DNA from: an uncultured cyanobacterium
GTDB taxonomy: Bacteria; Cyanobacteriota; Cyanobacteriia; Cyanobacteriales; CAWUOF01
Direction: 5' to 3'
Assembly (NCBI GenBank): GCA_963744145.1
Contig: CAVUSO010000001.1
Location: forward strand, 448,001 to 512,000
DNA: 64,000 nt
Below the pieces are notes generated by a model. That model worked only from the letters and a program-made list of their open reading frames with translations, was not told the DNA's origin and ran no database searches. Shown in pieces: positions 31,035-40,654 of the stretch. Within the stretch, counting starts at the first letter, position 1. Each line of letters opens with the position of its first letter. The position numbers and the translations under genes are program-made.

Positions 31035-32602
31035 TCTGGCTCTATTTCTAGTAATTCTCGACGGATTCGGTAACTCCAATAGCCCTGACCAACTACGGAG
31101 AGAAGATTGTCAAGCACTTGCCGTCGTTCGTCAAGGTTGACAATAGGTTCTGATAGTATGCGTTGAATATACGCAACACTATGTTGTCCGGCAGGGTGAG
31201 GTGCAGCGAAGACATGAACCATCACATCGCTCGGATCGGCAGCAAAGGTTTTGAAAGGGGGGCTGATAGCACGTTTAGTGTAATTAGAATTACGCTCTAG
31301 TATACGTATGTTCTCTTCCAAAACATCTGTTAAGGTGATGCTGGAATGGGTAGTAATCAAAACATGGCTCTGTCTTCCCTCCAGAGTTTTATCTAGTAAA
31401 GAAACAATTTGACGTTTCCAAAAGTCGTTAAAGTGAACCTCTGGTTCATCCAGTAAAATTAAAGCTTCAGTTTTACCTAAGAGGGTAAAAAGGCACATCC
31501 GACCCAAAAAACTACGCTCACCATCACTTAGCCAATCGAGCAAATGTAAGGGTGGAGTTTCCTGTTCTTCACTTTCAGGATGAGCGGAAACTGAACGTTC
31601 TAGGAAAATATTGACTTCTCTCAACACAGATTGACCGTTGTCATCCACCTTGCCTAATTGAGCTAACTCTTTGAAAAGCTGTAAACCACTGGAAAATTCT
31701 TTGATAATTGCTTGAGCAACAGAGTTTTCTGAATTTGTTAGGTCAAATACTAGCAAGTAATCGCTTCCCAGGCAAAGGTGACGAGTTGCGATTGACGCCA
31801 AACGCTTTACCTGTTCTCGATCTGTGAGGCTGGCAGTGGCTTCGGTCATGCGGAACTTGAGAGAGAAACCAGCGATCGCCCTAATCTTCGCGCCTTCTAA
31901 CACATCTCCTAAGCGACGGCGATCGCACTCTTCTGCTAAATCTGTAAGTAATCCACAGAGAGTGACCAGAGAAATTTGATTAGCCTCGATCAGCAAACAT
32001 CGACTATCTGTTTCTGGATAGGAATTTTCTAAGCTTTCTGAATGAGGTGGTCTACCAGGTAGTTCTCGAATAGCCCGTTCTAGGAGGGATAACTCTTGGA
32101 TAACCTCTGAGTCACTGTTGTCGAGAGGTTTCTTTTTATCTAGGTTTTTCCAAGCGGTTTCGCTACCCGTAGTGAAAGCAACCACCATTTCTGGTAACAA
32201 ACTGTGGCTAAATTGAACTGGTTGTTCCTGAAGTATTTCATTATCCGTCTGAATCTCCCAGGCATTTACATCTCCTAAGAGGGCAAATTGTTCAACATCA
32301 GAATCCTCTGACTCTTCTGATTGTGGAATGTTCGATAACTTTACTCTGCGTTTTTGGTTGCCCTCTCCTAACTCATATTCTAGTTCAAAACCATAATCGA
32401 CAGGATTGTAACTCTCTAAAGTTCGTATTATATCAAACAGTGCTATTAGTACCGTTGACTTTCCAGTACCGTTGACACCTACCAGAAAATCAAGACTGTA
32501 GGAAGAAGCATGAGTAAGGATATGTTCTGTTTTAGGACTGAAGTTAATCTCTAAGTCGCGCAGAACTCGATACTTTTCTAGGTAGAGCCTCTGTAACTTC
32601 AT
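31031..32602 (-). CDS. ABC/AAA ATPase, restriction-system-associated / PtuA-like (C-terminal part of the 1198-aa ORF)
   Basis: MKLQRLYLEKYRVLRDLEINF start with GGAG upstream; Walker A GVNGTGKST, signature LSDGE, Walker B LILLDEPEVHFN, H-loop ITTHS. Confidence 0.88.
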   Translation of the reverse strand: MKLQRLYLEKYRVLRDLEINFSPKTEHILTHASSYSLDFLVGVNGTGKSTVLIALFDIIRTLESYNPVDYGFELEYELGEGNQKRRVKLSNIPQSEESEDSDVEQFALLGDVNAWEIQTDNEILQEQPVQFSHSLLPEMVVAFTTGSETAWKNLDKKKPLDNSDSEVIQELSLLERAIRELPGRPPHSESLENSYPETDSRCLLIEANQISLVTLCGLLTDLAEECDRRRLGDVLEGAKIRAIAGFSLKFRMTEATASLTDREQVKRLASIATRHLCLGSDYLLVFDLTNSENSVAQAIIKEFSSGLQLFKELAQLGKVDDNGQSVLREVNIFLERSVSAHPESEEQETPPLHLLDWLSDGERSFLGRMCLFTLLGKTEALILLDEPEVHFNDFWKRQIVSLLDKTLEGRQSHVLITTHSSITLTDVLEENIRILERNSNYTKRAISPPFKTFAADPSDVMVHVFAAPHPAGQHSVAYIQRILSEPIVNLDERRQVLDNLLSVVGQGYWSYRIRRELLEIEPE

Positions 32603-34627
32603 CTGCTCTTCTCCCCTAAATTTGAACCACCTGAGTCGAACTGCCATAGAATCTCGCTCCGTGACGCGACGGTAGAAGAAGATAGGATCGTTTGTCTTTG
32701 GATCTGCAATAGTCACAGGTACAATGACTCCCATACGTTCTAAGAGGTCAATGGTCTGGCGAGTAGCATCTGCTACATCCTCAGTATTAGCAGCATTCAA
32801 GTCCTCCAAGGTGAAGTGTGCTGCTGTTTCATAATTATCTCTCTCATTGTCAGTAATTTGCTCAGTTTTTTCACGTACTTTATTCCAGATTTTGGTTTGT
32901 TCTGGATTCAGCTTTTCTAGTAATTTGAATTCCGGTTCAAAAATTGGAGAAGGTAGTTTCTGAGTTGCAACAGGAGGTAATTCCAGACGACCAAAGAGGC
33001 TATCAATCCGTTGAGCTAGTAGCTGCTGGTTGCGGTGGATTCTGGCTAGGATCGTGGAAGGAGATTGAAGAGAGCTTGATTCGATCTGAGTTCCGACATA
33101 GCGTTCTGGACGTAAATCATAGGCTTGATTTTGGATGGTAGTGCTTGGAACAGCTACCCCTAGCAATCTGGGCTTGTCTATCCCTATGGTTTGGTGATGA
33201 TTGGGAAAAGCGATCGCCACTGCACTAACTGAACATGAAAGTAATGGTATTACTGGATTAATTTCTTGTTCTGATCCTTCTTTTGGTAATTGTTCTGAAT
33301 CAATATCTTGTTCTGTCTCCTCTTCTGCTGATTGGCCCTCATTAGTAGAGGTTTGCTCAGTCTCTAGGGGAATCTGGACAGTAATTCGTTTCTCTGAGGA
33401 AGTTGCTGCCAATTCCACCATTAAGAAACGAGACCTTTGACCAGTCTGAGGGTCTGGAAGCATAAATTTAATGTTTGTTAGGCTACTAGCTATGCCCTGA
33501 CAAATTATTCCCATTTGACTATTGCTGGGGCTTGTAATCCATTTGACCCCAATTTGCGGATTGGTGTCGTCATTAGGAAATCGCTCATCAAATTCAGAGT
33601 TATACTTCGCCCATACCTGTTCTACAAAAGGCAGGTCGCTATGTAGAGAAGGATCTTGTGTCAGATCGCGACCGCGACCAGTTGGATAGCCATCCTGTTC
33701 AACCTGGAAGAACCAACTTAGATGTCCTTCAACAGGGTTACTTTTGCTAAACAGCAGTAGATTGGTTTGAAGAGGGCTGTAGGGTTGAAAGGCATCTCTG
33801 GGCAGAGCGATTACTGCTTCCAGTTTATTTCCATCTACCAACTGAGTTCGCAAATCCTGATCAGCCTTACTGTTACTAAATAGCAACCCTGATGGCACTA
33901 GAAGCGCCGCTTTTCCATCTGGGGCTAGTTTTTGCAATGCCAAGGCGGTTAGTACCGTTTCGCTGCGACTACTGATTTTCTTTTTAAAGATTCTTGCTGC
34001 CAGTTCTATATCAATTTTTTCGCCAAAGGGAAGATTCATCAGAATCCGTTCAAAAGTTTTGAAAGCAAAAGCTTCTTCTCCCAAAACTTTGAGAGCGTTA
34101 CCATTCTCAATTTGAGCAGAGGGAATTTTATGAAGCCGGAGATTTGCTGTTGCTAACCACGCCCACTCAGGGGAAATGTCGATCCCAAAAGTCTGCCCAG
34201 GCTGATTGGGATCTGTAGCTTTACGATACACAAGCAAACCACCACTGCCACAAGTAAAGTCTGCCATGCTATGGATTGATTCAACTTGGGCAAGTTCTAG
34301 CATGAATTTGGCAATATACCGGGGAGTGGGATAGCGTCCACCGGGAAGCATAGTAGGGAGACGAAAAAGTATGTGGCGATCGAACAGCACAGCTAACCCA
34401 CCTACTTGATTAGCTGCTATCCTCAACTGCTCCTTGATAATTTTAATATTTTCTTTGTTTAGGTAGTCAGGAGGTAATCTAGGCATTGCTTCATCTTTTG
34501 GTAGTTCCAGTCTGCTTTCTGCCAAAAGAAGTCTAGCGATATGCTCAATAATAGTTAAGTCATCCGCAATCCCAGCACTGCGGAAAGTTGACCAAACTTG
34601 ATTAAGCCAATCGCGAACTGTTTCCAT
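32599..34627 (-). CDS. Second, divergent HsdM-like N6-methyltransferase-fold protein (N-terminal part of the 1198-aa ORF)
   Basis: GRYPTPRYI, DFTCGSGGLL (motif I), ILMNLPFG (motif IV, NPPF changed to NLPF), LVPSGLLFS, LPRDAFQPY, YDLRPERY, plus an extra C-terminal domain. In frame with the ATPase as sequenced. Confidence 0.8.
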
Positions 34628-34630
34628 GCC

Positions 34631-35929
34631 TTACAATTCTCCTCGAAAAGCCCGTTCTAAAATAGATTGCTCAAGCATATCAAGCGATTTAGCATCTTGT
34701 TCCAACATTTTTAGCACTGCTTCAGCAGCATACTGAATATTGTCAAGATATGCAACGGCTAGGCGTTGTTGCTGTATTGGTGGTTTCGGTACTGGAATTT
34801 CTACAACATTCTTAGGATATATGTGTGTTTGCCCCCGCTTATCTGCAAAGGCAATTCCTGTTCTCCTAGAAAGAATCTCTTGATGACCTTGTTCAGACCA
34901 AAGATAATAGTAGAGCCATTTGCCTAATAATTCTTCCTCATCTTTAGAGCGCAAAATCATTATTTGTGTATCAACTGTCCAGAAATCTTCACACTCTTTC
35001 ACATAACTAACACGCCCAAGAGTTCCTTCGGCAATGTTTGCCATCAGAACATCTCCAGGTTTTAAATATCTATCTTGAGGCAGTTTTTGCACTTGTTCTT
35101 CTTTCATATAGGAAGGATTATTGAATCGCAAATAGTGAGGATAAACGTGCTTGGTTTTGAAAACTCTAACGTCGGAATCACCTTCACCACTTGCCCGACC
35201 ATTAAAGGCTGTAGCAACTTCTGATAGAGGTACAATATCAATTACTGATTCAAGTTTTGTAAATACTTCATTTAGTGAGACAGTTAATAATCGCTCCGTA
35301 TCTCGTCGCACTTCGTCAAGCATACTGCGAGACTCTCTAATTTCAGTTAGTAGTGCTTCTATACGTGCAACAATTTGGTTTTGAACATTAAGAGAATAAG
35401 TAGTTTCCTTATAATGAGGAATAGGTACAGAAAGTTCGAGGAACTCTTTAACTTTCAGATTGCGTAATCCAGAAGTTGTAGCCTGTGCATATAAGTATAC
35501 GCTCCGTGCAGAGGATGAATGCAGATAATAAAGGAGATATTGGGGAATAACTGTTCCTTTAGAACGCAGCCTCAGCATAAAATTTGAAAACAAGTAGGTT
35601 CGACCATCATTAGGATCATCAAACAAGCAAGGCCACCCTACAAGCCTTGTGCTACCACTAGATTTATTAACTAAAATATCTCCATTTTTTAGTGAATATT
35701 TATCAATTATTTTTACATCTACAACTCTCATTTCTGCACTTTCAGACTTTAAAACGTAACCAGAGATTTCTGTAGATTTAATGGTAGGAAAAGCAATTGT
35801 ATAATTGTCCGCAGGTGTGCCCCAGATACCTGTCTGATGGCTAACTAAATCCGAGAGCTTAACCCATTTCCAATCTTTAGGCAAGTTCCATAGTTTTCTG
35901 ACCGATATTTCTGTGGCCATATTTACCAT
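34631..35929 (-). CDS. hsdS: Type I R-M specificity subunit
   Basis: LPKDWKWVKLSDL start, two TRDs (GDILV; GDVLM), helical spacers (QNQIVARIE; PPIQQQ) and C-terminal SILERAFRGEL. Confidence 0.95.
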   Translation of the reverse strand: MVNMATEISVRKLWNLPKDWKWVKLSDLVSHQTGIWGTPADNYTIAFPTIKSTEISGYVLKSESAEMRVVDVKIIDKYSLKNGDILVNKSSGSTRLVGWPCLFDDPNDGRTYLFSNFMLRLRSKGTVIPQYLLYYLHSSSARSVYLYAQATTSGLRNLKVKEFLELSVPIPHYKETTYSLNVQNQIVARIEALLTEIRESRSMLDEVRRDTERLLTVSLNEVFTKLESVIDIVPLSEVATAFNGRASGEGDSDVRVFKTKHVYPHYLRFNNPSYMKEEQVQKLPQDRYLKPGDVLMANIAEGTLGRVSYVKECEDFWTVDTQIMILRSKDEEELLGKWLYYYLWSEQGHQEILSRRTGIAFADKRGQTHIYPKNVVEIPVPKPPIQQQRLAVAYLDNIQYAAEAVLKMLEQDAKSLDMLEQSILERAFRGEL

Positions 35930-37452
35930 TAAGTCTCCTCCATATTACTAACAAGCTTATGAAGACGCTCTACAATAATTTGAAATTTTTGCTGATTTTC
36001 AAGAATTCTAGCAGTTAATTCCGAGGGATGTGGTAATTTTTCCTCTTCAGGACGATGAGGATTTCTAGCTGATAAATCATACCCCCGCTCGACCAGTATC
36101 TTTTCATCTACAAACCAACTTGTTTCAGTAAAATCTTTGTGAGATACTTTTCCTTGACAATATTTACGCCACTGCTGTACCACTTCCTTTGCTTGGTTAA
36201 AATGCTCATCAGAAATAGAATTTCCCTTACTAAATTTCTTCAAATTTTCAGGCAAAGGCATCTCGTAATAGAGAACTTCTTTGGTAGCACCTGATCGCTC
36301 AAAAAATAACAATGCAGTCTTCACATCCGAATAGGGAGCAAACGCACCAGGAGGCAGACTAACTACTAAAAATAGATTAAAATCATTGAGCAACATTTGC
36401 TTAACTGTAGCAAATGCACCACCTCGAAATAATGTTCCTTCCGGCACTACCATCCCACAACGAGCTTTATTTGATGGTTTCAGCTTTTTGATAATATGTT
36501 CAACCGCTAATAATTCTGTAGCGTTACTCTTAACAGGAAAATTCTGTTTAATTTGGGCGTTTTCTGTTCCACCAAAAGGAGGATTAGTTAGTACGATATC
36601 GAATCGCTCAGATACATTACGGACATTTTCTTCTAAGGTATTCTTCCGCCGAATATTTGGCACTAAAACCCCATGTAGTACCATATTCATTGTACCTAAG
36701 AGAGCAGGTAAAGCCTTTTTCTCCTGCCCAACAAAGGTTTTACGTTGAAGAATATGGCGGTCTTTAATAGTTTTCTCTTGCTTCTGCATCTGCTCATAAG
36801 CTTCCACCAAAAACCCACAGGAACCGCAGAAGGGGTCATAAACCGTTTCGCCAATTTGCGGGTCAATTACCTCCACTATAAATCGAATTATTGGACGAGG
36901 AGTATAAAACTCACCTGCCATTTTATTTTCATTTCCCAATCGCTTGAGCAAGTCTTCATAGACATGGGAAACTGTATGAATATCATCAGGATTTTTAAAA
37001 TCGATGCTATCAACAATCTCCAACACATCCTTGAGGTTATAAGGAGAATCACAAACAACTACATTCCGATCATTAAATATACCAGCAATCACTTCTCGTT
37101 CTGGGGAACCAGAGAGATTAGCAAGGTAGGGAATCAATTCCCCACGAATAAACCTCATCAGAGGCTCACCATCCCACTTTGGCGTAGCGCGACGACCATT
37201 TTCACCTACTTTTTTATCTAATGCTAAAAGTATCCAATTCGACCAAGAATAGTCACGATCAATTACTGGATTATGGCTTCCTCCTGCTAATTCAGCTTCC
37301 AATTCAAAGATTTTTTCTTGCTCGTCAAGAAACTTTAAAAACAACAACCAAGAGATATGTTCGACATACTCCATTATGCCGCCACAGTTATTGTCTCGAC
37401 GCAAAATTTCGCAAGCTCTCCAGATGTCGTTCGTTAATTGTTCTCGACTCAT
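35929..37452 (-). CDS. hsdM: Type I R-M DNA methyltransferase subunit
   Basis: IWRACEILRRD, GEFYTPR, YDPFCGSCGFL, intact NPPFGG and YDLSARNP motifs. Confidence 0.96.
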   Translation of the reverse strand: MSREQLTNDIWRACEILRRDNNCGGIMEYVEHISWLLFLKFLDEQEKIFELEAELAGGSHNPVIDRDYSWSNWILLALDKKVGENGRRATPKWDGEPLMRFIRGELIPYLANLSGSPEREVIAGIFNDRNVVVCDSPYNLKDVLEIVDSIDFKNPDDIHTVSHVYEDLLKRLGNENKMAGEFYTPRPIIRFIVEVIDPQIGETVYDPFCGSCGFLVEAYEQMQKQEKTIKDRHILQRKTFVGQEKKALPALLGTMNMVLHGVLVPNIRRKNTLEENVRNVSERFDIVLTNPPFGGTENAQIKQNFPVKSNATELLAVEHIIKKLKPSNKARCGMVVPEGTLFRGGAFATVKQMLLNDFNLFLVVSLPPGAFAPYSDVKTALLFFERSGATKEVLYYEMPLPENLKKFSKGNSISDEHFNQAKEVVQQWRKYCQGKVSHKDFTETSWFVDEKILVERGYDLSARNPHRPEEEKLPHPSELTARILENQQKFQIIVERLHKLVSNMEET

Positions 37453-37500
37453 GCAGTTTTCTCTCGGTATAGGCGCTGCTGCACCTCATTCAATGTTTGA

Positions 37501-37584
37501 CGCAAATTTTTGCTATTACCAAATCTTTCGCAAATTTTTGCTATTACCAAATCTTTCGCAAATTTTTGCTATTACCAAATCTTT
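37501..37584. repeat. 3 x 28-bp perfect direct repeat upstream of hsdM
   Basis: Unit CGCAAATTTTTGCTATTACCAAATCTTT at 37501, 37529 and 37557. Confidence 0.95.
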
Positions 37585-37774
37585 GTACTACCCCCTGTGC
37601 TTGTCCCTGATGTAGTTTTTATAATGATATGATGATCACGTCGAACTATCACCCAAATATTTGGTGATGTGGACGATTTTTGTACATATTTTGAGCGCTA
37701 TTGGCAAACACAAACCGAACTTCTGGCCATTTCTGGCGAGCAGCCCAGCAGTTCGCGGATGCTCTAAACTAGGG

Positions 37775-37803
37775 GTAGGGGCGCAAAAGCAATACGCCCG
37801 TAC
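37775..37803. repeat. REP-like palindrome (GTAG class)
   Basis: GTAGGGGCG...CGCCCGTAC; same family as 62152. Confidence 0.65.
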
Positions 37804-38096
37804 AATCCATCCTTACCAGCTCTACCTCCTACCATCTTTTAACTTCGTCAAACTGACGTTCCTAAAGCTATTGTAAGCGGAGTAGAGGTTTTAAGATAAA
37901 AAAAAGAAAATAAGTAACAATAATAACAGAAATTCAATTACATGAATTGGAAATTACGTCTAATGATGGTCAGAGGACAGTGACCATTGTTCAAAAAATC
38001 GAAAAATTTTTAGATATTTACTGCCAAAGTTGTAGACTGATGGCAGTTTTTCAAGATCCTGTCATCTGATGGCTTTAAGTCTAGTTCATCAAGCTT

Positions 38097-38594
38097 ATGT
38101 TCAAATATCTGCCTCCACTCAATGATCACAACTTACCCTATCCCGACACAATTCATCCGATCGTGGTGCATTTTGTGATTGCTATGGTCCTATTTGCCGT
38201 ATTCTGTGATTTACTAAGCTATTTCACCCGCAATCCGCGCTTGTATGAAGTGAGTTGGTGGAATTTATTCTTCGCTACAATTTCCATTTTTATTGCGATC
38301 ATTTTTGGTCAGATTGAAGCGGGACTAGCAGAACCCTACTCAAATGTAGAATCAACACTAAATATACACACATTTCTGGGTTGGTCGATGTCTGGTGTGA
38401 TTGCCGCGGTAACAGCATGGCGATATGTGCTACGTTTTCGTAATCCCCAAGAATTACCCATACCATTTTTAGGAGTAGGTGTAGTATTAGTCGGGCTAGT
38501 TTGTATTCAAGTCTATCTGGGAGATGTGTTGGTATGGGTCTACGGGCTACATACTATTCCAGTAGTTGAAGCAACGAGGGAAGGCATTTTATGA
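38097..38594 (+). CDS. DUF2231-type membrane protein
   Basis: NLPYPDTIHPIVVHFVIA motif and four hydrophobic segments; heads the ARTO operon. Confidence 0.85.
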   Translation: MFKYLPPLNDHNLPYPDTIHPIVVHFVIAMVLFAVFCDLLSYFTRNPRLYEVSWWNLFFATISIFIAIIFGQIEAGLAEPYSNVESTLNIHTFLGWSMSGVIAAVTAWRYVLRFRNPQELPIPFLGVGVVLVGLVCIQVYLGDVLVWVYGLHTIPVVEATREGIL

Positions 38595-39196
38595 ATTTAG
38601 ACTTAATCGATCAGCTCAAAGATCAAATAGGTGTCAATGGCTTACCCTATCCGATTCCGATTCATCCCAATCTAGTACATTTGACCTTGGGATTATTTAT
38701 TGTTGCGATTAGCTTTGATATTGTGGGGGTGCTATTTCCCTTAGAAAAACCTGTTTTCAAATTTCTCGCCATTCCAGCAACGCGCTCAAATTTCTTTGAT
38801 GTCGGCTGGTACAATATGGTTGGAGCCGCTGTGATTACCTTCTTTACCGTGGCCGCAGGTTTTTATGAAATTATGTTGGCAGAACCAGCAGCAGATGTCA
38901 AAAGTGCCTGGGGATTGCTCGCAATGGAAACTATGCTCTGGCACGGAGTTGGTGGTGTACTCCTGTTATTCTTGATTGTGGTAATGACAGTGTGGAGAGG
39001 GTTTCAAAGATTTTTCTGGCGCAAAGACCGCGCTCAACAAGTAGACTGGAGTTACTTAATCGCTGGCTTAGGCATTTTTGCACTGATGTTTGTTCATGGT
39101 ACATTAGGGGCACAATTAGCCGCCGAATTTGGTGTACATATCAGTGCCGATCGCTTATTACGCATGGGTGAAGATCTGAATTTGCGATTGAAGTGA
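38591..39196 (+). CDS. DUF2231-type membrane protein
   Basis: GLPYPIPIHPNLVHLTLG motif; ATGA overlap with the previous gene. Confidence 0.85.
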   Translation: MNLDLIDQLKDQIGVNGLPYPIPIHPNLVHLTLGLFIVAISFDIVGVLFPLEKPVFKFLAIPATRSNFFDVGWYNMVGAAVITFFTVAAGFYEIMLAEPAADVKSAWGLLAMETMLWHGVGGVLLLFLIVVMTVWRGFQRFFWRKDRAQQVDWSYLIAGLGIFALMFVHGTLGAQLAAEFGVHISADRLLRMGEDLNLRLK

Positions 39197-40140
39197 TGGT
39201 AAGCATGAAAATTTCCACAATTTTAACTTTAGGCATCATTGCGATCGCCCTAGGGCTGATTAGTTTATGGATGGGGCAACAATCCTATTCCTGGTTTCCA
39301 CCCCAAGCTTCAGCCGAATCGGTTTTGGTTGATCAGTTATTTAGTTTCCTGGTTACTTTAGGAACATTCATTTTTTGCGGAGTAGTCGGTACAATCACTT
39401 ACTCATTGCTGTTCCATCGAGCGGGTAAATATGATGCTAGTGATGGTCCCCATATCGAAGGAAATCTTACTTTAGAAGTAGTTTGGACAGCAATTCCCAT
39501 CGTTTTAGTCATTTGGATTGCTGGCTATAGTTACCAAGTTTACGACCAAATGGGGATTCTCGGTGCAATGGAACATATTCATGCCCAACCCATCAGCTTG
39601 GATATACCCAGAGCCGAAGCAGCGACCATTGAAGATCGGGCGATCGCGAAAACTCTACCAACCGAACAAATAGATGTTTATGCGCGTCAGTGGTCCTGGG
39701 AATTCCGTTATCCCCAACAACACATCAGCACTACTGAATTGCATATCCCCAACCAGCGACGGATCAAACTAGCACTACATTCAGAAGATGTCCTACATGG
39801 ATTCTTCGTCCCAGCTTTCCGGATTAAGCAAGATCTAATTCCTGGTCGGGTAATTAACTTTGAATTTACACCGATCCAAACAGGTCGTTATCGCTTACGA
39901 GATTCAGAATACAGTGGCACCTATTTTGCGGCTATGGAAACAGATGTGGTCGTAGAATCGCCAGATGCCTATCAACAATGGCTAACCACAACCGCTAATC
40001 AAACCCCTGTTCCCGCATATAACCAAGCATTTGATGAATATCATCGTGTTCATACTCCGATTAGCACGGGTTGGCCAATCGTTGAACCTGCTCCTCCACC
40101 TGTGGTTAATTATCCCAGTTCTCCAGCAAATAACCTATGA
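39193..40140 (+). CDS. ctaC: Heme-copper oxidase subunit II, ARTO type (no CuA ligands)
   Basis: LEVVWTAIP, QWSW and DVLHGF motifs. The CuA CxExCGxxHxxM motif is replaced by DSEYSGTYFAAM. Confidence 0.92.
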   Translation: MMVSMKISTILTLGIIAIALGLISLWMGQQSYSWFPPQASAESVLVDQLFSFLVTLGTFIFCGVVGTITYSLLFHRAGKYDASDGPHIEGNLTLEVVWTAIPIVLVIWIAGYSYQVYDQMGILGAMEHIHAQPISLDIPRAEAATIEDRAIAKTLPTEQIDVYARQWSWEFRYPQQHISTTELHIPNQRRIKLALHSEDVLHGFFVPAFRIKQDLIPGRVINFEFTPIQTGRYRLRDSEYSGTYFAAMETDVVVESPDAYQQWLTTTANQTPVPAYNQAFDEYHRVHTPISTGWPIVEPAPPPVVNYPSSPANNL

Positions 40141-40251
40141 GTAGCCTAAAAACGTAGTAATACCAATTAGGGAGATTCTGACTACAGATCATCTATAAGT
40201 CAATCAATTTGATTCATCAATAGCCTAGGGCAAAGCAGTTCGGTTATAGCT

Positions 40252-40374
40252 CAATACGGTTCAGTTAAACGTAGGGGAAAAGGGGTGGGGCGACAATTGA
40301 GCGAATTTTCGTTCGTAATTCGTAATTTGTAATTCGTAATTCACCACGATTTTCTCCTTAACTGAACCGTATTG
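40252..40374. mobile_element. MITE with CAATACGGTTCAGTTAA terminal inverted repeats and internal TTCGTAA heptamer repeats
   Basis: CAATACGGTTCAGTTAA (40252) / TTAACTGAACCGTATTG (ends 40374). Shares GGGCGACAATTGA, inverted, with the 9204 element. Confidence 0.8.
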
Positions 40375-40536
40375 TATTATATATTATCAATCCTAGTCTG
40401 AGAATAACCCCCAGTAAATTTCAGACCGGACAGAGTGTGCGGTGAGTCAGCCCTAGTTAGGTTCGGTTTCCTCCCACTTATGACCCAAAACAACAAGGCT
40501 GATTACCCTGGGAAATAAAAAATCACGATTGACTAC

Positions 40537-40564
40537 TTGCACAGTTATCTGATTGTGATAAAAT
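40537..40564 (+). promoter_or_regulatory. Sigma70-type promoter candidate for the NRPS
   Basis: TTGCAC-N16-TAAAAT with an extended -10 TG at 40556-40557. Confidence 0.5.
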
Positions 40565-40580
40565 AAATAACTAAAGAGCT

Positions 40581-40627
40581 CAAGCCTTATCCAATGCTAA
40601 GCATTGGATAAGGCTTGGCTTTTTTTT
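40581..40627 (+). terminator. Terminator-like hairpin in the NRPS leader
   Basis: 17-bp perfect stem CAAGCCTTATCCAATGC/GCATTGGATAAGGCTTG followed by T8, 27 nt before the ATG. Confidence 0.7.
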
Positions 40628-40654
40628 AAGAATTTTTGGTGATGAGAGTTTTTT

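Noticed and set aside
29733-32602. Retron type I-A (RT plus PtuAB)
   Set aside because: No reverse transcriptase ORF and no recognisable msr-msd in the window.
37501-37584. CRISPR array or plasmid iterons
   Set aside because: No spacers and no rep gene; the context is chromosomal.
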